From IMG/VR virus record IMGVR_UViG_3300000917_000001: a stretch of 64,000 nt of DNA. The stretch is one strand, 5' to 3'. The notes under the pieces were generated by a model. It did no database searches. It was not told where the DNA came from and was given only the letters and a program-made list of their open reading frames with translations. Shown here one piece after another: positions 1 to 8,920 of the stretch; position 1 is the stretch's first letter; every line of letters starts with the position of its first letter. Position numbers and translations under genes: made by a program. Origin of the DNA: an uncultured virus (IMG/VR IMGVR_UViG_3300000917_000001) (lineage: Duplodnaviria > Heunggongvirae > Uroviricota > Caudoviricetes).

Positions 1-66
1 AAATAGAAACCCATAATAAGTAAGTTTACCACGCATCAGGAGAAAACCAAAACCGAAAAGTTTAGA

Positions 67-99
67 AAATGAGAGCCGCAGTTTGACTCTCATTTTTTT
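67..99 (+). terminator. Intrinsic terminator (near-identical copy at 1263-1295)
   Basis: ATGAGAG..CTCTCAT stem followed by a T7 run. Confidence 0.75.
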
Positions 100-120
100 G
101 TTCAGATATGGTTCTATTTT

Positions 121-134
121 CTATATATATTAAT
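121..134 (+). promoter_or_regulatory. Conserved phage promoter-like motif CTATATATATTAAT
   Basis: One of 13 intergenic copies; lies upstream of an SD and ORF 166-321. Confidence 0.65.
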
Positions 135-165
135 TATTGTATTAAAATCTTATTCACGGGGGTAC

Positions 166-321
166 ATGCAAATGGACGAGTGGAGAAGATTTTGCCGGTT
201 GGTTGAGGAAGCCCGTAAAGACCTGTGGGCGGTCGTTAATCGCTTGTGGAATAGAGGTGAGCGCGACTTAGCGGAAGATGTATTTGAAGCAGCTACAGGT
301 AGCATTCCACTAAAGGTATAG
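166..321 (+). CDS. Small hypothetical protein (51 aa, MQMDEWRRFCRLVEEARK...)
   Basis: Translated by hand (below the ORF-track cutoff); GGGGT SD, motif upstream, hairpin at 328-362 downstream. Confidence 0.65.
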   Translation: MQMDEWRRFCRLVEEARKDLWAVVNRLWNRGERDLAEDVFEAATGSIPLKV

Positions 322-395
322 TGGAAGAATTAAACTGGGGAATAAAGGAACCCCAGTTTAATTTTTCTTTAATTTAAATAAAGGGGGAGAAGAAC

Positions 396-776
396 GTGTA
401 TGAGTTAGATCCTGTAGCAGAAGCAGAAAGATATGCATGGATTGAATATTGGAAAAAAAGAAAAAACAATTTTTTTAGGCGTCCAGAGATAAGATGGATT
501 GGAGAAAGAAATGATCTTCTGCCTATTGAATTGGATGCTACTTTCGATTCCTATGGAATAGATGTTAATAAGTATTTTCATATGGACAGAACTGATTTAA
601 TAGAAGATTTATTTGAAGATTATGAAAACGGAACTGATGCAAATTATATAATAGTATATAAACAAGTAATTAGGAAAGGTAAATGTTGTTGTGAAGCAGA
701 TGTTGAATCTTGTTTTCTTGAAGATAAGGATCCTGATTTATTATTATTTAAGTATCCTGACCCATTTCGATTCTGA
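396..776 (+). CDS. Hypothetical protein
   Basis: 126 aa ORF with AAGGGGGAG SD and GTG start. Confidence 0.7.
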   Translation: MYELDPVAEAERYAWIEYWKKRKNNFFRRPEIRWIGERNDLLPIELDATFDSYGIDVNKYFHMDRTDLIEDLFEDYENGTDANYIIVYKQVIRKGKCCCEADVESCFLEDKDPDLLLFKYPDPFRF

Positions 777-866
777 GTATAAAAAATTTGTACATATAAA
801 ATTCAATATATTGTAGAATTACTATATATATTTTGTATTAAAAACTATTTGTGAAAGGAGAAACCT

Positions 867-1025
867 ATGAAAAGTGGAAGAATTACAATTGACGAAGCAA
901 GAGAAGAAGCAGAAAAACTCAGGATCAAAGTTGAAAAGAAGAGGAAGAAAGAAAACAAGATTCTCATAGGAGTTTCAGCTGTAGCGGTAGCAGTATGTTG
1001 TATATTGTGGAAGGTATTTAAATAG
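867..1025 (+). CDS. Small Lys-rich protein with C-terminal membrane anchor (52 aa)
   Basis: Translated by hand: MKSGRITIDEAREEAEKLRIKVEKKRKKENKILIGVSAVAVAVCCILWKVFK; AAGGAG SD. Confidence 0.7.
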   Translation: MKSGRITIDEAREEAEKLRIKVEKKRKKENKILIGVSAVAVAVCCILWKVFK

Positions 1026-1073
1026 GATAATGTATATATATTAATATCTAATGATAAACAAGGAGGGACTATT

Positions 1074-1253
1074 ATGTTCGTATATGATGAGTTTGCAAGA
1101 AGTAAGTATCAGTTGCTCCAGATTGAGAAAGTGGATAAAGCCAATACAGTTGATTACAACACAGGGAGGATAAGCGAGCAAGAGTGGTCTGGTATTATGA
1201 ACATCTCCAGACTAGAGAAAGAGAAACTTGAACTGGATATCTTGAAGGGATAA
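1074..1253 (+). CDS. Small hypothetical protein (59 aa)
   Basis: AGGAGG SD, promoter motif at 1032-1045, terminator at 1263-1295. Confidence 0.7.
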   Translation: MFVYDEFARSKYQLLQIEKVDKANTVDYNTGRISEQEWSGIMNISRLEKEKLELDILKG

Positions 1254-1262
1254 CCTTCAAGG

Positions 1263-1295
1263 AAATGAGAGTTGTAGTTTGACTCTCATTTTTTT
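1263..1295 (+). terminator. Intrinsic terminator
   Basis: ATGAGAGT..ACTCTCAT stem plus T run; repeat of 67-99. Confidence 0.75.
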
Positions 1296-1347
1296 CTCAG
1301 TACGAAATTTTTGTACATATAAAATTCCGTATAGGAGGTAAATCGAG

Positions 1348-1551
1348 TTGCTTGATTTAGAAATGATTTATCAGATGCCTATTATTGCTATTATCTATAT
1401 TGTTTGTTTGCTTTTAGCAATGGTCATAGCTCTGATGTTTATTTGTAGAGCATTATTGAGGATTATTAGAGTAACTGAAATACATACCCGTTTTGTTTCT
1501 GGAACAAAAAAATTGTACAATCTATGTAGGCAGGTAAAACCACAAATCTGA
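1348..1551 (+). CDS. Small membrane protein
   Basis: AGGAGGT SD before TTG; long hydrophobic segment. Confidence 0.6.
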   Translation: MLDLEMIYQMPIIAIIYIVCLLLAMVIALMFICRALLRIIRVTEIHTRFVSGTKKLYNLCRQVKPQI

Positions 1552-1781
1552 GTACAGTGATCAGATATCAAAGCGCTGCGCACCGTCATAGATGGTATCG
1601 GATATTTCCTCACAGAAGTAACGGACCTCTCCATAGAACAGTATTTGGACACATTCCTACCAACATTCCTAATTACAACATTTTTACTATTTTATACGTC
1701 ATACTGCTATATATATAAATTACTATAATGAAGGTCAGTTGGTCTTCAAATTCGTAAACTCAAAACCTCGGAGGTGTTAAA

Positions 1782-1976
1782 ATGGAAGGTGACGAAGTAA
1801 AGGTTGTAAAGGGGCGGAAGTCGAAAGTCAAGACAGAGGACAAGAAGGTCAAAAAGACCAGTGCCCGGGCCAAGGTCAAAAAGAACAAGAAAGGCATCAT
1901 CGGCGCGGCAATCGGTGCAGCGCTCGGAATTGTGGGAACCTACTTCTACATGAAGAGTGGGGAACCCAAGGCTTAG
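1782..1976 (+). CDS. Lys-rich protein with C-terminal transmembrane anchor
   Basis: GGAGGT SD, motif variant at 1707-1720, terminator at about 2004-2048. Confidence 0.75.
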   Translation: MEGDEVKVVKGRKSKVKTEDKKVKKTSARAKVKKNKKGIIGAAIGAALGIVGTYFYMKSGEPKA

Positions 1977-2059
1977 GTAGTCGCTCGTGGTGGTCCTCCT
2001 GGCGGGAGAGAGAGTGGAGTAATCGGGAACTTCACTCTCTCTTTTTTTATTCCTAACAA

Positions 2060-2564
2060 GTTCTCAGTGCCTCCGAGAACGGTTGACCAATTGTCCGTTA
2101 ACAATTGGGTGCTCGTCCCTTGCCTGGAGTGGGTTGAAGCTCGTATTGATGATAATACGCATTACTGCTTCAACCCACTCAAACTTAAATTAACGTATTT
2201 TTCTTGCATCTTGTTTGCTGCTTTTATAAGAAAAGCAGATTTTCAAAGCTTGTGTACTCTGCCTACTAAATGATGAGTATGTAAGTGGAGAGGAAACTAA
2301 TATAATTGGATTAAATTAATTGTAAAGTAATGCCCAGTCGCCCTTATGGGTCTAGAAGAGGGTAGGGTGGTGCTCATGAGCTCTTTAAGACAACCTAGAT
2401 AGTCGTTCATGAGAAGTCAGTATCCGTGGGTGAAGGAGGGAAATAATAATGTTATATTATTGTACCTTTAGATCCTGCGTAAATCTTGGCCGAGATGCAA
2501 GTTAAATTGAATGCTAGTGGAAAGTATAAGAGTGGTAGATCTTAAAAATCACTAGCATTTTTTT
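2060..2564 (+). ncRNA. Candidate structured non-coding RNA region
   Basis: At least 6 hairpins including a perfect 14-bp stem (2127-2140/2167-2180); ends in a stem plus T run; no SD-led ORF. Confidence 0.4.
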
Positions 2565-2752
2565 GTATCTACAAACAGGGGTAAACAGATTTGACTCGGA
2601 TACGTTAATAAATCCAATAATATAGAACGAAATTGTTATTTATCTGATCTTATTAATCTTTTGTATAGGAAAATGTTCAAAGTCAGGATAGGCACTTGAC
2701 TTCAGTTGGTATATATATTAATACTTAAATAATAATAAGGGGGTATATTGTT

Positions 2753-2902
2753 ATGTTTAAGAAATTGTGGTCATGGATTGTTTGTCAGATAGTTCAGGGT
2801 TTCCCATATCCCGCCCCTTGCTGGGAATGTGACTTTACTGATTGTAGGTCATGTTCCAAACTTGGATGTATGCTTCCATCAGAAACAAACTGCAAGTTAT
2901 AA
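2753..2902 (+). CDS. Small Cys-rich protein (49 aa, PCWECDFTDCRSC)
   Basis: Translated by hand; promoter motif at 2709-2722, AAGGGGGT SD, bidirectional terminator at 2944-2982. Confidence 0.7.
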   Translation: MFKKLWSWIVCQIVQGFPYPAPCWECDFTDCRSCSKLGCMLPSETNCKL

Positions 2903-2973
2903 TTTATACGCTTTCCTATAGGTGGGAGCATGCAATAAATACAAAAAAATGAATGGGGGACAAACTGCCTCAT

Positions 2974-3189
2974 TCATTTTTTTCCATCCACCATAGTGAC
3001 ATGGGGATATATTTTTTGTATCCTACTCCAACCAGCTGAGTCATTATAATCAAACTTACATATCCATTTTGCTAATACATTACACTCTATAGTACTCTTA
3101 TCTATATACTTCACTTTACACATAGGATATACTAAGCAATAATAGCATGGGAGTCGCTTTAATAGTTTCTTTCTAGCTTTAAGTTTCAT
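2974..3189 (-). CDS. Cys-rich mini-protein family member (LPCYYCLVYPMC)
   Basis: PCxxC-x5-C motif. Confidence 0.75.
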   Translation of the reverse strand: MKLKARKKLLKRLPCYYCLVYPMCKVKYIDKSTIECNVLAKWICKFDYNDSAGWSRIQKIYPHVTMVDGKK

Positions 3190-3853
3190 AGTTTATCAAA
3201 CTCTTTAATTAGATTTTTCAAACAGTTTAATTCTTGACCAAATGATATTACTACTATTGTCATATACACAGTAATAAATAGAAATAATACTGCTACCCAG
3301 AATGAACTCATAACTTATTGATATCCTTATAGTTCATATAGTTCATATTTTATTCTATTATTGGCTTGATTTAGTATACAGTAAACATCATAACCAGCTT
3401 CCATTAATAAAAGAGCTATATAAGTTCCTATAAAGAATGGTAGTATTATTAAAGTCTTAATCATGTTTCTTCCCTCGTTTATTTTTTTGTATCTTTTCAA
3501 AAACAATATCTACTATAGCTAATATGATTCCCAATACTAAGCTAAATGCTAAAACGTTTTGCAAGAAAGATACTATAGTCATATATTATCAAACTCCTCT
3601 TTTAAATCAACTATAGAGTCATGAATTGCTTCTGAAATCATTTGAAGTATTTCTATAATATCTTGAAATATCAATAGGATTGGTATAGAGATAACTGCTC
3701 CTAAACATATCATTAAGATAGTAAAGTGTAGTGTTGTCATAACTTATCAAACTCCTTTTTAATATTTGTTATAGTATCATAGTGGGCACATACATAGACA
3801 CTTATGAAATACATAGTAAACAGTAAAGCTATAACTAAAGGTTCATTGTCCAT
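3186..3853 (-). other. Array of five closely packed 38-53 aa single-TM peptides (3186-3311, 3327-3464, 3457-3582, 3579-3740, 3737-3853)
   Basis: Translated by hand; hydrophobic N-halves; three end in (K/E)EFD(K/N)(L/I) with ATGA stop-start overlaps. Confidence 0.6.
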
Positions 3854-4185
3854 TAGACACTCCAAGATACATAGCTATACTCAAGTCAGAAACTTCACGA
3901 GAAAGAACTAGGATCGAGATCCAGACTACTTCCCCTTCTGCCCCCTCCGTCAACTTCCAGCTAGCCAATTTGCTAGTTCGATACTCCTAAATATCTAATT
4001 ATTTCACCATCCTAGATAGTATCTTCATATAATTCTGGCACGCCAACGCGCGCATACATTATACTAATCTAAACAATGTCTTTCTATCTATACCATGATA
4101 ATTAACCATACACTATCCTATACTAATATAAGGAATAAGAAACAAACTGAATAAGGATATAGATATAGATTCATCATAATCTTTA

Positions 4186-4353
4186 TTAACTCATATCTAT
4201 CTTTTCTAAAACTTCATTTCGTATATTACATGTTAAAAGTCTACACATAGATTTGACAATACACTCTGAACATGGGCAAATATAATCAATTTTATGCTTC
4301 TTAATTATACAAAAGATAGTTGTAAGGTGACAACCTTCACATCCTTTATTCAT
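4186..4353 (-). CDS. Cys-rich mini-protein family member (55 aa, CPCSECIVKSMC)
   Basis: Translated by hand; not in the ORF track. Confidence 0.75.
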   Translation of the reverse strand: MNKGCEGCHLTTIFCIIKKHKIDYICPCSECIVKSMCRLLTCNIRNEVLEKIDMS

Positions 4354-4381
4354 TTATCTCACCATTAACAACAAGGTATCT

Positions 4382-4615
4382 TCATACGCTTGAAACAGAT
4401 ATTATTGAAGGGAAAATAGTTTGTATTTTTCTCCATCCGATAGTTTTATCTCTAACTAATAATGTGTCACCAATATCAAATGAACAGATCCAGATATGGA
4501 GAATACTACAAATGATATTCATTTTTAAATGATATTTACAAATACATACAGCTTTACATATACATAAATCACAAGGAAACAAAGCTAATAACTTTTCTTT
4601 ATTGTCACAAACCAT
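4382..4615 (-). CDS. Cys-rich mini-protein family member (FPCDLCICKAVC)
   Basis: Family motif; close paralog of 2974-3189 (shared GW-x-(K/R)IQ-x-I(Y/F)P). Confidence 0.75.
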   Translation of the reverse strand: MVCDNKEKLLALFPCDLCICKAVCICKYHLKMNIICSILHIWICSFDIGDTLLVRDKTIGWRKIQTIFPSIISVSSV

Positions 4616-4628
4616 TTTAAGTATCCTC

Positions 4629-4847
4629 CTATATACTACACATAGCTCTTGATGATGGAAGAGGGTGAGATTCTTCTAATTTGTCTTTAAGTATCTCTAG
4701 AACAGCATCACGTCTGTCACACATTAAAATAATCCTGCACATAGGTTTAACAATACATAATGCACATGGACAAATATTATCCATTTTATTATAGTGAATT
4801 AAACAAGATTCAATTCTAAGCCAACACCCTTTGCAATTATTATTCAT
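4629..4847 (-). CDS. Cys-rich mini-protein family member (CPCALCIVKPMC)
   Basis: CxGC plus CPCxxC-x5-C motif. Confidence 0.8.
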   Translation of the reverse strand: MNNNCKGCWLRIESCLIHYNKMDNICPCALCIVKPMCRIILMCDRRDAVLEILKDKLEESHPLPSSRAMCSI

Positions 4848-4998
4848 CTTTTAGTATACCATCCTCAACATATTCTTCTTCAGGAAATGATAGACTATAT
4901 TTATATAAGCACATTCGTAAAGGCCTTAATAGTCTTGACCAATAGATAATACTAAAGAGAGAACGTTTCCTGAATTTAATAGTTAACATTAAATGCTC

Positions 4999-5184
4999 CT
5001 ACTTAAACAAATCATTTAAATACTTTAATAGTTTTTGTTTCTCTTCAATATATATTCTTTCAAATTCTTTTTTGTGTAACATTATAATTTGAGCATTTGC
5101 TATATCTCTAACATAGTCATCTTGTTCTTCAGTTAATACTATTTTTTCACCATCTAACCTAATGGTATTAAAGATATCTGACAT
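4999..5184 (-). CDS. Hypothetical protein, paralog of 9864-10076
   Basis: GGAGG SD; shared G(E/G)(K/E)IVL..VR..A..QI.M....E(F/Y) pattern. Confidence 0.7.
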   Translation of the reverse strand: MSDIFNTIRLDGEKIVLTEEQDDYVRDIANAQIIMLHKKEFERIYIEEKQKLLKYLNDLFK

Positions 5185-5275
5185 TTACTTTTAAACCTCC
5201 GTTTAAGAAACAAACTGAAATGAATTTTCTATATATATTAATACTTATAACAAACTTTTTAAAGGAGGAACAATT

Positions 5276-5464
5276 ATGGCATTTCAAGTTGAGATAAAGG
5301 AGAAGTTATTTCAACCAGGTGACCCAATGGCAAGGGATAGATTCTCTATGGGCCATCAGTTGGGAAACGACATCATGATTCTTCATCGGGAACATTCAGA
5401 CATAAAGGATTTTGAGATTGTTGACATGAACACGGGTGATACTATCCTGGTCAAAAGGAGGTGA
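5276..5464 (+). CDS. Hypothetical protein
   Basis: Promoter motif at 5229-5242, AGGAGG SD. Confidence 0.75.
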   Translation: MAFQVEIKEKLFQPGDPMARDRFSMGHQLGNDIMILHREHSDIKDFEIVDMNTGDTILVKRR

Positions 5465-5468
5465 TAAA

Positions 5469-5672
5469 GTGGACCACAAGATCATCGTTCCAGCTTGCAT
5501 TGGGTGCAAAATCATTAAGAAGTCAAGCAGCTTGGAGACCTGCCAGATTTGGGCAGCGCCTTATGCGAAACAGAGACTTCCCGGAGGTTGCCCTTCCCAG
5601 ACCAACAAGGTAAGGGAAGTAAAGAACACAAAGTTTCTTAATCCTCTCAAAGCAGCAAAAAGGGGAATATAG
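5469..5672 (+). CDS. PxxKW-family-like cysteine-rich protein
   Basis: IVxxCxGC...C..WxxPxAK....C..T....NPLKAAKR pattern recalled from Desulfobacterota proteins; GTG start after AGGAGGT. Confidence 0.65.
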   Translation: MDHKIIVPACIGCKIIKKSSSLETCQIWAAPYAKQRLPGGCPSQTNKVREVKNTKFLNPLKAAKRGI

Positions 5673-5675
5673 CTC

Positions 5676-5713
5676 CTAAAAATGAGGGTCAGAATAATCG
5701 ACCTTCATTTTTT
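5676..5713. terminator. Bidirectional terminator
   Basis: AAAATGAGGGTC..GACCTTCATTTT between convergent units. Confidence 0.7.
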
Positions 5714-5848
5714 CGAATATTTTTTTGTTTTCTAAATGTATTTTTTTGTTGTAAGTTTATAAGAAATCCTTTGGAATTATTTCTAGAATCTTCTATATAT
5801 AGTTTTATAAATGAACAATCAGATAGGTGACATCCCTTACAATCCTTT

Positions 5849-6070
5849 TCAATATTCATTATTTTCTTCAAATTCATCATCAATCTTTAATCCATAATAT
5901 TCTACAGATCCATAATATATGCTACAGAACTCTTTACATATAGGTTTAACTAAGCATGTAATACATGGGCAACTTAATATTTCATCAGCTTTTATAAAGT
6001 CACAAGGATCAAGATAACGATCTAATATTAGTTTGTGTTGAACACATCCAGAACAAACATGCATTGCCAT
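5849..6070 (-). CDS. Cys-rich mini-protein family member (CPCITCLVKPICKEFC)
   Basis: Family motif. Confidence 0.8.
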   Translation of the reverse strand: MAMHVCSGCVQHKLILDRYLDPCDFIKADEILSCPCITCLVKPICKEFCSIYYGSVEYYGLKIDDEFEENNEY

Positions 6071-6271
6071 TTAATTATTCCTTTCAGTAACTTTACAAAA
6101 TCCTCTTTTTTCATAAGATAAATTTTCAAGCATAATTTCTTCTTCACAAGGGTGTTTACACATAGGTTTAATTAAACAAGTTCTACATGGACATTTTTTT
6201 GCATTTCCAGCATATATTATTATACAATTTTGATTCTTCATTGGGCACCCGTCACATTTATTCATAACCAT
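6071..6271 (-). CDS. Cys-rich mini-protein family member (CPCRTCLIKPMCKHPC)
   Basis: Family motif. Confidence 0.8.
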   Translation of the reverse strand: MVMNKCDGCPMKNQNCIIIYAGNAKKCPCRTCLIKPMCKHPCEEEIMLENLSYEKRGFCKVTERNN

Positions 6272-6458
6272 TTAATTCCCTATCAACATAAAGATATAGT
6301 CTAAATTCATTTCTTAGTTTACATATATTTTGGCACATAACTTGAACTATACAGAAATTACATGGACATTTTTCTGCAACACCATCTTGTAATATAGTAC
6401 ATCTAACTGGAATATTATCTCGGAAAACTTTACATCCTTTGCATAGATTAGGTTCCAT
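6258..6458 (-). CDS. Cys-rich mini-protein family member (CPCNFCIVQVMCQNIC)
   Basis: Family motif. Confidence 0.8.
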   Translation of the reverse strand: MEPNLCKGCKVFRDNIPVRCTILQDGVAEKCPCNFCIVQVMCQNICKLRNEFRLYLYVDRELNGYE

Positions 6459-6465
6459 AATGTCC

Positions 6466-6696
6466 TCACTTAGCTAAAATAGCTAATCTATCATGTGTTC
6501 TTTTATCATTACAATCAATCTTACACATGGGTTTAACTAAACATATTGAGCATGGGCAATCTTTTGCTTTTTCACTAAAATTAGATCTATAAAAACAAAA
6601 TGATAAGGATGGGCAATAAGTACAGTCATCAAATATAGTTAACTCTTCTATGAGAGTTCCATTTTTGCTAACATTTGTTTTAACAAACTGTTTCAT
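6466..6696 (-). CDS. Cys-rich mini-protein family member (CPCSICLVKPMCKIDC)
   Basis: Family motif. Confidence 0.8.
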   Translation of the reverse strand: MKQFVKTNVSKNGTLIEELTIFDDCTYCPSLSFCFYRSNFSEKAKDCPCSICLVKPMCKIDCNDKRTHDRLAILAK

Positions 6697-6706
6697 TATT
6701 AAACTC

Positions 6707-6946
6707 TTATATTGATTCCCTAGTTACAACCTTTGAATCTAAAACATCTATATAAGCTCTCTGAAACTTTGTACAACTAAGTTTGCACATGGGTCTAACA
6801 ATACATCTAACACATGGGCATAAGTTAGCGTTTTTAGAAATAAAGCGAAAGTTACATTCATATTCCCGTTTTCCTTTTTGATTTCTACATCCTTGACAAT
6901 CGCTATTAATATAGCTTAACTTAGGGCCTGCATAATAAAGATCCAT
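6707..6946 (-). CDS. Cys-rich mini-protein family member (CPCVRCIVRPMCKLSC)
   Basis: Family motif. Confidence 0.8.
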   Translation of the reverse strand: MDLYYAGPKLSYINSDCQGCRNQKGKREYECNFRFISKNANLCPCVRCIVRPMCKLSCTKFQRAYIDVLDSKVVTRESI

Positions 6947-6949
6947 ATT

Positions 6950-7111
6950 TCATTTTCTTACATATAAAGGTCTAGTATTATTTCTTATAACACATCTTTG
7001 TTTACACATAGATTTGACAATGCATGTTATACATGGGCATAATAATTTGACTCTCAAAAGACTTATTATGCAATTATCAATATTAAAACATCCTCTACAT
7101 TCCTTTCTCAT
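6950..7111 (-). CDS. Cys-rich mini-protein family member (53 aa, CPCITCIVKSMCKQRC)
   Basis: Translated by hand; not in the ORF track. Confidence 0.75.
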   Translation of the reverse strand: MRKECRGCFNIDNCIISLLRVKLLCPCITCIVKSMCKQRCVIRNNTRPLYVRK

Positions 7112-7368
7112 TTTGCTACCTTAGGCCTTGATTTAGGTTTAGCTTTAGGCATGTATTGTAGATTACCAAAATCATCTTCTAGAATATTCCACTCAATGGT
7201 TTCTACGTATAGTTGTCTTTCTACATGATAGATGCTATTTTTTAATGGTCCAAGAAAAGTTCTAGAATATTTAATTTCTTTATGAGGAAATATTACAGAT
7301 CTTTTATATATTACAGGGATTCTACAAGGATTTTTGTTTATTAGTATTCCAAGCTTGTTCATGATCAC
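7108..7368 (-). CDS. Hypothetical protein
   Basis: ORF packed within the minus-strand array. Confidence 0.55.
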   Translation of the reverse strand: MIMNKLGILINKNPCRIPVIYKRSVIFPHKEIKYSRTFLGPLKNSIYHVERQLYVETIEWNILEDDFGNLQYMPKAKPKSRPKVAK

Positions 7369-7546
7369 TCTCGATTAATGTAAACTCAGCTTCAAGATTC
7401 AATAAAGCTATAGATAGTTTTCTTGAATCAAAATTATCAATAACTTCTTCACACCAATCAAATATATCATCAAAAAACATAGCTATGATAGCACATACAA
7501 CGATAATAAAAACACCAAGAGCTATAAATAACATTATATTATTCAT
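7322..7546 (-). CDS. Small membrane protein
   Basis: N-terminal hydrophobic helix, AAGGAG SD. Confidence 0.6.
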   Translation of the reverse strand: MNNIMLFIALGVFIIVVCAIIAMFFDDIFDWCEEVIDNFDSRKLSIALLNLEAEFTLIESDHEQAWNTNKQKSL

Positions 7547-7736
7547 CTTCTACTCCTTTATAAAGTGGAGTAAATGGGTATATTCTAGAGTTACATGCTC
7601 TAACACACATAGCTTTAACAACGCAACTTTTACAAGGGCGTTCCTCTAATATTTTACGAATACCATCTGTTAAATGTTCAGCATATGGAAAACATTGGCC
7701 AATATCTTTTTGTACACAACCAATACAATCATCCAT
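7539..7736 (-). CDS. Cys-rich mini-protein family member (RPCKSCVVKAMCVRAC)
   Basis: Family motif. Confidence 0.8.
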   Translation of the reverse strand: MDDCIGCVQKDIGQCFPYAEHLTDGIRKILEERPCKSCVVKAMCVRACNSRIYPFTPLYKGVEDE

Positions 7737-7738
7737 AA

Positions 7739-8080
7739 TTAAACCTTACTTGGAATAAGAATATGTTTTGCAACAACCATAAATTCTTTATTGTCATATC
7801 CGTAAGCAACTGGTTCTCTATAATAAACTTTTCTGCACATCTTATCGTCTATTGGTTGAAGATATACATGAAAACCTAGCTCATAAATATCTCCAGATTC
7901 AGAAAATATAAATCCTTTTCTTTTATCCGTAATCCATCTATCTGTTTTAACCCTAGTTCTTGGATCACTGGGCCATTCTAATCTTTTATTAAATTTATCT
8001 ATAACTTGATATCCTATGAAATATGTATGTTCTATAGTTTGATAATCTTTAACACTACTATCAACTTCTGTTAATTTCAT
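7739..8080 (-). CDS. Hypothetical protein of a GFH-motif family (paralog of 8289-8657 and 16239-16649)
   Basis: Shared G(Y/W)x...W...YxxGFH...KV...G...V pattern. Confidence 0.75.
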   Translation of the reverse strand: MKLTEVDSSVKDYQTIEHTYFIGYQVIDKFNKRLEWPSDPRTRVKTDRWITDKRKGFIFSESGDIYELGFHVYLQPIDDKMCRKVYYREPVAYGYDNKEFMVVAKHILIPSKV

Positions 8081-8094
8081 AACTATATCCTTTC

Positions 8095-8292
8095 CTAATA
8101 ATTTCTAAAGCTTTTTCTTAGATCACTTCGTTTTTCACATATCTCGTTACACATTGGTTTTACTAAACATATTAAACATTGACATTTTTCAATGAGATGA
8201 AAACAAGATTCGCTTCTTATAATCCAACAATAATCTTTTTTATTACAACCAATACACCCTTTGTATTTGAGTTGTCCAACTATTATGGTCAT
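8095..8292 (-). CDS. Cys-rich mini-protein family member (CQCLICLVKPMCNEIC)
   Basis: Family motif. Confidence 0.8.
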   Translation of the reverse strand: MTIIVGQLKYKGCIGCNKKDYCWIIRSESCFHLIEKCQCLICLVKPMCNEICEKRSDLRKSFRNY

Positions 8293-8657
8293 ACAATATA
8301 CATCTTCTTAGCAACTATAATTCTAGCTCTATCCCTTCCATATCCTTCTATTCCTGTAGAATTTATTCCTTGTAATAAAACTTTTTTAATAACATATGGA
8401 CCAACAGCATATCCTCTTGCATGTTTTTGAGCAATTTTCTCTGTTGTATAACAATGGAATCCTGATAGATAATTTCCATCTTGACTAAAAAGCCATTGAC
8501 CCCTAGAGTTGTACCATTTTCCTATTTCATATTTTCTTGTAAAAGCATAATACGGAGTGAAAAATCCCAATGGTGTTACTCTAAATATTTTATATCCATA
8601 ATAGTTACCTTCGCTATCTCTAGAAACTTTGAACTTTTCTAATCTATCTAAACACAT
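8289..8657 (-). CDS. Hypothetical protein, GFH-motif family
   Basis: MCL start, GYKIF, YLSGFH. Confidence 0.75.
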   Translation of the reverse strand: MCLDRLEKFKVSRDSEGNYYGYKIFRVTPLGFFTPYYAFTRKYEIGKWYNSRGQWLFSQDGNYLSGFHCYTTEKIAQKHARGYAVGPYVIKKVLLQGINSTGIEGYGRDRARIIVAKKMYIV

Positions 8658-8920
8658 TCTCTATTCCTCTTTTCTTCTAGGTATTGTCTATATTTAAACG
8701 ATGTTCTAATTTTTATTGTTAGGTCATCCGCTAATATGGTTGTAAATGACGGATAAGTAAATATCCTTATTATTTCATTCCACCGTTCATATAAAGCAGA
8801 AGAACTTCTGTTGGAAATAAGCCATAATCCTAAGTAACTACATTTTAATGTTGAAATTATTGTGTTCCTTGATTTACATATAGGGAATATTAAACAATCT
8901 TTACATGGGATTGGATACAT
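8648..8920 (-). CDS. Cys-rich mini-protein family member (IPCKDCLIFPIC)
   Basis: Family motif, short type. Confidence 0.75.
   Translation of the reverse strand: MYPIPCKDCLIFPICKSRNTIISTLKCSYLGLWLISNRSSSALYERWNEIIRIFTYPSFTTILADDLTIKIRTSFKYRQYLEEKRNRECV

Noticed and set aside
121..134. TATATATATTAAT as an archaeal TATA box, implying an archaeal virus
   Set aside because: No purine-rich BRE upstream; bacterial hairpin terminators, a lipobox protein and T4-like head genes favour a bacterial host.
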